Virus record (IMG/VR): IMGVR_UViG_3300044535_001837
Coordinates: 1 to 56,497 of that record
Strand: one strand, 5' to 3'
Source: a virus
Lineage: Duplodnaviria; Caudoviricetes
Length of the DNA stretch: 56,497 nucleotides
Shown here: positions 1-9,500 of the stretch, one piece after another
How positions within the stretch are numbered: the stretch's first letter is position 1
Layout: the number at the start of each line of letters is the position of its first letter
Program-made: the position numbers and the translations under genes
The notes under the pieces: generated by a model
Told to the model about the DNA's origin: nothing
The model's input: only the letters and a program-made list of their open reading frames with translations
Database searches by the model: none

Positions 1-2
1 CA

Positions 3-803
3 AACTATACATTAACATATAGCGAAGGAGTAGAAGGGTGGCCATCCTTCTATTCCTTTTATCCTGACATGATGATCGGGATGAACAATTACTTCTATTC
101 ATTTAAGGGAGGTAACTTGTATCGTCATAATGTAAACGAGACTAGGAATAACTTCTATGGTCAGCAGTTTAATTCTACGATTCAGAGTGTGTTTAATGAT
201 GCTCCTCTTGATAATAAGATATTCAAGACCTTAAACTTAGAGGGTAATGAATCTTGGAAAGCAGAGGCTCAGACTGATATACAGACAAATGGATTAGTAG
301 AAAAGCTTTGGTTCGAGAAGAAGGAGAACTCATGGTTTGCATTCATTAGAAGCACAGGTGGTATCCCTGCTAATGCATCTCAGTATCCAACAAGATCTGT
401 TAATGGTATTGGTAGGAGTTCAACTATATCCGGTACAGGTACTGCTGTTCAGATCAACTTCTCTATATCACCTACCCTTGTTTCAATAGGCAGCATTATT
501 AGTGTTGGAGATTACCTATATTATTCTTTACCACCTAGTTACAGTACTCCATTATTATTAGGAAGAGTTACAAATATCCAAGTAGACTATCCAAATAATC
601 TAAATAGAATTACAGTTAACTCAACAATATCAGGGGCAACTATTCCTACTATTCAGAATCCTTACATAATGTACATTAAGAATGCCACTGCAGAATCTAA
701 TGGTCTACTTGGGCACTACTGCGTATTTACTCTTGAGAATAATGATACATTTAAAGTTGAGTTATTTGCAGTAGAATCTGATGTAATGAAAAGTTATCCT
801 TGA
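3..803 (+). CDS. Tail/muzzle-associated structural protein, 5'-partial
   Basis: The frame is open from the window start (NYTLTYSEGVEGWPSFYSFYPD before the Met at 69). The W-x-SFYSF...YSFKGGNLYRH motif resembles the C-terminal part of crAss-like tail stabilisation proteins, and the gene precedes the ejection-protein block. Confidence 0.55.
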   Translation, partial: NYTLTYSEGVEGWPSFYSFYPDMMIGMNNYFYSFKGGNLYRHNVNETRNNFYGQQFNSTIQSVFNDAPLDNKIFKTLNLEGNESWKAEAQTDIQTNGLVEKLWFEKKENSWFAFIRSTGGIPANASQYPTRSVNGIGRSSTISGTGTAVQINFSISPTLVSIGSIISVGDYLYYSLPPSYSTPLLLGRVTNIQVDYPNNLNRITVNSTISGATIPTIQNPYIMYIKNATAESNGLLGHYCVFTLENNDTFKVELFAVESDVMKSYP

Positions 804-810
804 TTTTGAA

Positions 811-818
811 TATCTTTG
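811..818 (+). promoter_or_regulatory. Bacteroidota sigma-A -7 box (TATCTTTG)
   Basis: Matches TAnnTTTG, intergenic, upstream of ORF 858. Confidence 0.6.
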
Positions 819-857
819 TGTAAACGAGTGAACTTTAAGATATAAAATTATTATACT

Positions 858-1664
858 ATGCCAATTTTAGCAACAATCGCAGCAGCTACAGCACTAGCTT
901 CAACTGCATTTACAACAGGCAAGTCTTTTACTTTGGCTTCTAAGCAAAGAAAAATACAAAGAGAAGCTGAGTCTGATGCGGCAAAGGCTATGGCTGAAGC
1001 TCGTAAAAAACTAGAAGTAAACTTCTATGATAATCTATCTATTCTAAAAGAACCATATGAGCGTGAGCGTGAAGCATTAATTGCTGCAGGTGCTGCAGGT
1101 ATTGGTGCTGCTCAAGAAGCTGATCCACGTGGAGCAGCTGCTACAGCAGGAAGAATTCAGTTAGGTGTTCAGCAAGGTCAAAGAGAAATAGCAGGAGCTA
1201 TGGGTCAGGAAATGCTTGGCCTCCAAAAGCTATCTGCAGATGAAGCATCAAGATTACGTGACATGAAAGTTGGCATTGATCTTGGTGAAGTAGAAGGAGC
1301 TCAGTTGAAAGCACGTGATGCACAAGAATCAGCTGCTGCATTTACTCAGCAAGGAATGCAAGGTATTCAAGACTTTGGTGAAAAAGCATACAAGATGGCT
1401 CCATTATTTGATAGCAAAAGTTTAAAGGGATTCCAATCTGAAATAGGTAATTTATCTTTTACACCTGAGGAGTTTACTAAATTTGGTAATGTCGCTGAAC
1501 GTGGAGGATTAGGTCCTCAATTGGAAGGCCCATTTACAAACTTAGACTTTCAGACTGTAGGTAAATTTGACAGAATTCAATTCGAAAATTTTTTAAAGGC
1601 ATTAACTAGACAACAGAAAGATATGCTGTCTAGAAATTTACTAAATCCTTTCAACCCATATTAA
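858..1664 (+). CDS. Putative internal virion/ejection protein 1
   Basis: Ala/Gly/Gln-rich helical protein with a hydrophobic N-terminus; first of three genes of increasing size after the tail genes, the usual podovirus ejection-protein layout. Confidence 0.55.
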   Translation: MPILATIAAATALASTAFTTGKSFTLASKQRKIQREAESDAAKAMAEARKKLEVNFYDNLSILKEPYEREREALIAAGAAGIGAAQEADPRGAAATAGRIQLGVQQGQREIAGAMGQEMLGLQKLSADEASRLRDMKVGIDLGEVEGAQLKARDAQESAAAFTQQGMQGIQDFGEKAYKMAPLFDSKSLKGFQSEIGNLSFTPEEFTKFGNVAERGGLGPQLEGPFTNLDFQTVGKFDRIQFENFLKALTRQQKDMLSRNLLNPFNPY

Positions 1665-1670
1665 TTAATA

Positions 1671-3494
1671 ATGGCAGGTACATATTATAAATACGCAGAA
1701 CGTGACGTTGATAGTCAGGTAAATTGGGCTCAGGTAGGAAAGGACCTGAGTGATATGCTTTTAAAAGAAACTGAGCTAAGAGAACAGAAGAAAGCTGAGA
1801 TTGATAAACAGTCTAGAGAACTAGGTCAAAGATTAGAGAATCTTCCTACAGGAAATTCTGATGAGGTAAATGCATGGACTACTAATTTTGCATCTGATAT
1901 GCAGTCTTATAGATTGCTTACTGATAAACTTTTAAAATCAGGTAATCTAAAACTAAAAGATTATAATCTGATAAGACAGAATACTCTTGATGGTACAACA
2001 AACGTACTTAATTTATCCAAAGAATTCCAAGCAGAGTTTGACGAGAAAATGAAGAGACGTATGGAAGACGTTTCATCAGAAGCAGAAACTCAAATGATGG
2101 CATTCTTAGAAGGGTTCTCAAACTTAGCAAAAACAAAACCTGTAATTAATGCTGCCACCGGTGCTGTGAGTTTAGCCAAAATGGAGAAGGGGCCTGATGG
2201 TGTATTAAGGATTAAAGAAGGTAATGACAGTACTGTAACTTCTGCTCAAGCTCGTGAAAGATTAAAGCTAAGAATCGATAAGTATAAACTTAATGATGCC
2301 CTTGCTAGTGAAGTTAAATTAATGGGTAAAGTTGTAGAGGAAGTTCAGACTGCTGCCGGTACAATTTATTCACAGGGTATGATTACTAAACTTAGTGATC
2401 CAACTCAAAGGAAAGGATTAAAACAAGAAGGTCAAGAAGCAGTTAATAACTATCTAGATATAGAAAATAAAATTATAGAATCTAAAACTTCTAATCCATT
2501 TCATGTTTCTTCAATCTTATTTGATTGGTCAGGTGGAGTAGATCCCAATACAAATACTCCTTATCAGATAACATTTGACAAGGATCTTGCAGCTACTAGC
2601 TCGCATTATATCCTTTGGGCTGAGCAGGATGGTGTTCTTCAACCTGACTTTGAATCAACAGATAATGGCAAGCTTCAGTATAATAATGCCAAAGAATATT
2701 CTAAGTTAAAATTCAGAAGTATGCTTGAGCAAAGCAAAGAGCTTAAGCCTACATCTCAACTATCAGATCAGAGACGAACTCCTACTTCAACTGATTATGA
2801 AAGACAAGACTTACAGACAAAGGCTGATAACTTTGGTAAGAATGTGGCTTTCTTAGTAGCAGGTAATGAAGCCCAAAAAAGATTAGCAGTAGATTATTTC
2901 AGAGGTATTCAAGGTATAAAAGGATTTGAGGTATTGGATAATGCTATTAATATTCTTAGAGGATCACAATCAATACCTTATGAATACAGAGGGTCAGCAA
3001 TAGACTATGCTAGTTCTCTTATTTCTAATTTGAATAGAGATGTAGGTCTACCTGAGAATATGATTATGAATGCTGTCCAAAGATTCTTACCTAATCAAAA
3101 TATTTCAAGAATAAAGCTTGGAAGAATTGAGAATCTAGCAGCAAGAGATTATAAACCTGAGGTAGCTAAATATAGTGTAGATAATGTAGTTATTTCAGAA
3201 GATAATCCTCAAGCTACAACAGCATATTTAAATGATAAATTTGGTAAATTAGGATTCTCATTTAGTGGTGGAACAGATGGGGCAACTGATGACTACATAA
3301 TAGCTGTCAGTCCTACAGGTGCAGTTTCTCCTAGATTACAAATTGATGACTTGTCTAATTTGAGTGTAATTATTAAATTTATACAGGATAACTTTGACCC
3401 TAATTTAGCAGGGCAAATGTTTGAACCTCAAAATGAACAGCAGGGTAATACAGGACAACAGGGTGGACAACAAGGTGGTGCCCCAAGACCATAA
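1671..3494 (+). CDS. Putative internal virion/ejection protein 2
   Basis: 607-aa helical protein in the ejection-protein block. Confidence 0.5.
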   Translation: MAGTYYKYAERDVDSQVNWAQVGKDLSDMLLKETELREQKKAEIDKQSRELGQRLENLPTGNSDEVNAWTTNFASDMQSYRLLTDKLLKSGNLKLKDYNLIRQNTLDGTTNVLNLSKEFQAEFDEKMKRRMEDVSSEAETQMMAFLEGFSNLAKTKPVINAATGAVSLAKMEKGPDGVLRIKEGNDSTVTSAQARERLKLRIDKYKLNDALASEVKLMGKVVEEVQTAAGTIYSQGMITKLSDPTQRKGLKQEGQEAVNNYLDIENKIIESKTSNPFHVSSILFDWSGGVDPNTNTPYQITFDKDLAATSSHYILWAEQDGVLQPDFESTDNGKLQYNNAKEYSKLKFRSMLEQSKELKPTSQLSDQRRTPTSTDYERQDLQTKADNFGKNVAFLVAGNEAQKRLAVDYFRGIQGIKGFEVLDNAINILRGSQSIPYEYRGSAIDYASSLISNLNRDVGLPENMIMNAVQRFLPNQNISRIKLGRIENLAARDYKPEVAKYSVDNVVISEDNPQATTAYLNDKFGKLGFSFSGGTDGATDDYIIAVSPTGAVSPRLQIDDLSNLSVIIKFIQDNFDPNLAGQMFEPQNEQQGNTGQQGGQQGGAPRP

Positions 3495-3510
3495 AAAAAA
3501 ATAAATACTT

Positions 3511-6500
3511 ATGGATGAGAAATACATACTAGACCTGTATAATACTGTAGTAAAGAATGATCCATCTTTCAAGGTGGATGTATCCTTAGATTTATTCAGA
3601 CAAAAAATGTCTGATCAGAATTATGCCAAAAAAATATATGGGTGGGTATCAGGTGTTGATCAAGAGTTTAAGAACAACAATCCTGAAGATCAGTTCATGA
3701 AACTCCTGTCAGGAGAAATGGCAGGGACTCCTATTGATAGAGAGATAAAAAAAAAAGACAATACGGCATCATCTTTGGAAGATGGTTTATTGGCATACAG
3801 GAGATTTAATCCTACCACAGGAAAGATTGAAGGAGAGGGACCTGAGACTGAGTCTGTCCAAGTAGTAGAACAGGAAGGCCCTGCACAGCAGCCTAGAGAT
3901 TTAAATACAGGTGAGTACATTTTAAACTCAATGAATGCTGTTAGTAGGGGATTCTATAAGAACTTAATTGGTAATCCTATTAAAGGACTTGGTACCTTAT
4001 TGGAGAAAGGTAATCCTTCTAGACTTTTTGGAGACTCCGGAAAGAGTCCTATCAGTGATTCTCTTATTGAATTCGGGACATGGTTTAATAATGCCATTGA
4101 TGAAGTAGCTGAACAAGATGAAGAGTTCAAAGGAACATTAGTTGATCAGGGTTCACAGGCAATGGGTCAAGTACTTTCAACTGTTCTTACTGCAGGGCTT
4201 GGTGGTATGGCATCAAAAACTTTAGGAGGAGCTTCAGCAATACCTACACTTCAAACAGCTGCAACAACAGGTGCAGCTGCAGAGGTAGCAAAGGATGTTG
4301 CAACAGGAATCGTAAGTCTTCCGGGTATAAGCTCTGCATTAACAGTAGGTCAATCAGAGTTTGAAAGAGCTAAAGAAGCAGGTGCTACTGATGATCAGGC
4401 GTTTGAAGCATTCTATAAAAATGCAGGAACAGGATCTGTACTTGAAAGGGTTCCTGTAATGCAGTTCTTAAAAAGATTTAATAAGGCTACTCAAGGAGGT
4501 GTAGTAGATTATTTAGTGGCTAAAGGTAAGGCAGGTGTAACCGGTGGATTGGAAGAATTTAGTACTGAAATATTGCAACAAATATATGCCAACAAAACAG
4601 CTCAAGAAATTTACAATGTTAATCAAGATCTATTTGAAGGAGTAGCTGAATCAGGAGGTGTAGGATTTGGTGTTGGCTTCCTACTAAATGCTTTGGGTGC
4701 CAATGCTAGAATACTTAGAAAGAATGGTAAAGTAGCAGAAGCCAATACAATAGAACAACAGATATCTGAATTTGAGAAAAGAGCTGAAAAGGGGGGTAAA
4801 TCAACATATAAGGTAAATGGATTTAGTATAACAGATCCGAAGATTATCAATGACATGATTGATAAGCTTAGTGGAGTTGATCTATCAAATTCAAATATTG
4901 AAATCATTAATGATCCTGAGCTTAATACCAAACTACAAAATAAGATAGTTGACGATTCACTTAAAGATCAAATAAGAAAAGCCAATCCTGATCTAAATAA
5001 TGCAAGCGTTAATGCTATTGCAGGACTACAGAAAGAATTAAATAATTTAGAAGGTAATACAACTCAGGTCGCTAAGGATAGAGCAGCTGAGATTAGAACT
5101 AAGATAAAAGATATTCAGGCAAATCAACTGACAGAAGAACCAACAACATATAGAGTTGATGGTAAGGATGTGTCTGTAGATTATATTGATGAGCTGATAA
5201 AAACTAAAAGCAAGGAAGAACTTCTTGCTATGAATATTGAAATAAATAATGATCAAACAGGATTAGCAGAAAGACTACAGGCTGCAGGAGGAACTAAAGC
5301 TGCTGCTCCTACAGCAGAGACTCCAACCTCTCTTACAGAGGAGTTGGCACAATCTATTGCTGAAAAAAGAAAAGCAAGAATTACTGAGTTAGAAGATTTA
5401 CTTGATTCAGATTTTGCAATAACTCAAGAAACAGGGAAAGGAAACCTATCATTTGATGAGAGACGAGAAATAAAACAAGAGTTACAAAAATTAAACGCAG
5501 AACAAGATGCCATTCAAGAGCAAGCAGCAGGTCAAGTACCTGTACAGTCAGGAACCGGAGTTAGCCAAGAAGTGGCGGAAGGAACACCCCAAGCAGAACC
5601 TCAAGGCGTTACCCAAGAAGGTCTCCAAGAAGAAATAGATAAGATTAATCAGGAAAGAGAAAAAGAGCTTAAGTCTTTTAGCGGCCCATTAACTCAACCT
5701 TATTTTATATTTGAAACAGATGGACCAACAGTAGAAGAATATATTAATAAAAAGTATGACGATAAGATAAATGAGTTAACATCTAAGTCTTCAACTCAAG
5801 AAGTCAAACCTAGAATATTAACAGAGAGCTTAGGTAGTGGTGTTGTTAAATATTCAAGCGTTGATGAGAACGGAAATGAGATTGGATCTGCAACTGTATC
5901 TGTTGTCGATGACAAAGTTATTGTCGATGATATATTCGTACAAGAAGAATCAAAGAGAAAGGGAGTAGCTACAAGTATCTTTGATAAGATAACAGAAGAC
6001 TACAAAGGAAAGTCTTTCGATTATGTCGATGCCAATAATAGAGAATTTAGCAAGCCTTATCAGTTAGAGTTTGGTACTGTAGTATCAGATGAAGGATCTG
6101 CTTTTGTAGAATCTGTAAAAGAAAAAACAGAAAAGTTTAATGCAGATCAAAAAGGAGCAAGAGATGCTACAGAATTCAGCTTTGATAATCTATCAAGACA
6201 GCCACTAAAAGTATTAGAAGACAAGCTTGAAGAAATAAATAATAGTTTCCCTGCTGATCCTGATGTTGACAAAGCACAAACAGATGCACTCGCTGAACAA
6301 AGGAAAGCTGTTAAGGATGAGATTGAAAAAGCGAAGGCACAAATAAATACTGCGATTGAATCAGCTAAATCAAATCTTGGTAACAGACTACAAGGAGATG
6401 ACTTAGATAATGCTATAGATTTGATCGATGAGCTTTCTGATAACAAGGCTGAGATAGATGAGGATGGTATGGTAACTGTTTACCATAGAACTACTCCTGA

Positions 6501-9500
6501 TAAGAAAGCTGAGATTGAGAAGACAGGCAATATGAAGGGCCTTGAGGATGGGGTATTCTTTTCAACTAAAGAGACAGGTCAAGCAGAAGGTTACGGTGAT
6601 GCAATTGTAAAACTAAAGATCCCTGTAGAACAATTAATTCTTGATGATACATTTGGAGATGAGGCCCATGTAAGAATACCTACAAAGAAAGCCGGTGAGG
6701 TAGTAAAAGTAAAAGACTACATACAAGCTGAACAAAAAGGAAAGTTAGAAGAAGTAGGTCAAGGATTAAATGAGACTGATCTTCCCGGATATGATAAGAT
6801 GATGAATGCAATTAATGATATCATCTATCGAGCATCCAATAGAGCTGATTCAACTCCTGAAACAGTAATGGATGGGGTTATCAAATATCTTCAGACTAGA
6901 TCTCAGGCTTATATAAATGCTACTGACGTTCAACGTGAGCAGATCATTCGTGATGTTCGTAAGCGATTTGGTAAACGTGAGAAGAAGGCACCGACAGCAG
7001 ATAAGATCGTAGGTAAGACAAAGAAGAAGGAAGTTACTGCCGATGAAATGGCAGCTCTTAAAGATCAGATAAAGCTTGAAGAAAAAGCAGCACGTGAGGC
7101 TAAAAAAGATATTAACACTAAGCGTAAGATGATTGCGGATGCTATCAATAAGATGGCTGAAGGAGGAAAAGTTACTGCTAAGAAAGCTGAGGCAATGCTT
7201 AAGAGATTAAGCAAGCTCAATGTTGATAGTCCTGCTATGGTTAATAAGTTTATTGACTACGTATTCAATGTATTTCAAGATGCTGATTATGCATCTAAAT
7301 TATCTACGGCAAAAAGTTTAAGATCTAAGATCAATAAAATATCTAAGAACAAAGACAAGCTTGCTAACCTAAGAGATCTAGGATCTAAGTTTATAAATAT
7401 AGATCCGACTATGCTTAATGCTGATGAATTAGCTGAGTATAATAGCATAGCTGATAAGGTATTAAAATCAATACAGGGATCTACCTTAAAAGGTAAAGGC
7501 AAGTTGGCTGAAATTGTTGTTGAGTCAGATGTAAATAAATACATCGATGATGTTGTCAAGAAACAAAATCAGCAGAGGCTTGATGATGCAGTCAGTGAGA
7601 TGAGTGAATTGATTGGAGTAGAATTAACTGAAGCAGAATACATTCAACTTATGGAAAGTCAGAATGTGGAGGAAGCTTTAGATAAAAAATACGACAAGGC
7701 AAAAATAAGATCATCAATTCAAAAAGCTTTTGATCTTTATTCAACCATGATCAAAGAATCCATTAAGACAGGAAAGGATTTGTTCAATGGCGATGCTGTT
7801 AATTACTCAGCGATTCAGAAAAGAATCTTGAATCAGTTTATTAATATGGATCTCAATTACCTTAATGATAAGGTACTATTAGAATCTGTAGATGCGTTAA
7901 TGAACTTCATGAACAACGGATCTATTGCAAAGATGGATTCCATATTATCCAAGTATAATGGTGAGAAGAATATGGTTGAAGCTTTGAATGATGGAGTCAA
8001 GTCTAGACCTCTACAAAAGTTTTGGTCTAAAGGATTAGGTAAAGTTTTAGTAGAACAAACTGCAAACATAAACATTGTATTCGAAAGAATATTTGGTGGG
8101 TTTACAAAAGGTCAGAAGATGGAGGAGGCTATGGGTGTAGCTGACTTGGTTAATGGCAAAGCAAAAGGTCAGAAAGAATCAGAGAATATTGTAAATGAAT
8201 ATGTAAGTAAGTTCTTCGATAAGAAACCAAATAACAAATTATTTAACGAAGCTTCAAATAATATTGAAAGGGGCATGGGTGCATTCATGTCTCGAAATGT
8301 TAATGGTACTGATGCTGAAATTAAGACAGAGTTTGAAAGAAGAAAGAAATTAATATCTGATTCAATAACTGAACTAGAGAAAGGCAATGAACAGGAGGTA
8401 GAGAAGGCCAAGATTTATCAGGAGATATATGATAAGATCCTTGCTGATTCTAATACAATCGAGGATGTTCAATCCAAAATGGATAAGACTAACCTAGAGG
8501 CTGTTGAATTTTGGCAGGATAAATGGCGTGATAAATACGAGCAACTATATGATGTGGCTCTTAGTGTCTACAATAAAGTGCTAGATAAAGATACCGGATA
8601 CACTACCGATAGATTCTCTAAGCTAAGTTCAGACAAGGATAAAAAGAGTGATCTTCTAAATGAAGACATGGCATTTATTGTTAATAGTGGAAACTCAAGT
8701 ATCTATAAGAAAGAAACAGGGGTATTGATGACAGCTACTAAACCTAAAAAGTTGCCATCAAATGAGAAGGGTAAAACAAATAGATATGTTGATTTATCTT
8801 TTGATAGCAATAATGCTAACTCAATGTATGATGCTCTTGTTGATATCAATACTGCCGCAGCGATTAGACAGATAGATGCAGCGATGGAATCAGATGCATT
8901 CAGCAAGATCATGGATAATCAGAGAGATAAGACTCTTATTCAAAATAGAATACGTTTGTATGTTGCCAACATTAGAAACAAGAATCCATTCTCTAATGAT
9001 GAGTTATCTAGATTTGGTAAAAGACTAAACAGAGTAGCAGCAATAAGTGTTGGCCAATCATTGGGTGGTGTGACTCAACCAATAAAGCAAACTATACCTA
9101 TCGCTATAAATACTTTAATAAATGCAGGGTCATTGGATGTTAAATCAATATTTGATAAATCCAAGCAGTCATTTATTAATCGTTCAGGAAGAGCAATCGC
9201 TAACAGAGGTATTGAATCTCAGGCTCAGGTATCTACATTGAATAAAATGGTAGATGATATAGCCAAAAGCAAAGGAGAGAAAATGTTCAAAGCCATTGAG
9301 AAAGTTAATGATTGGTGGTTGAGAAATTTATTGGTGAAGTTTGACGTAGGTATTGCACGTGCTTCTTGGATGACATACTATGAACAGTCTCTTAAGAAGC
9401 AAGGTATTAATCCAAGTACTATTGATTGGAATACTCATGAAGTAAATGAGAAGGCGGCAAACTATGCACAGAGACAAGTCGATCGTCAGCAGAACGTATC

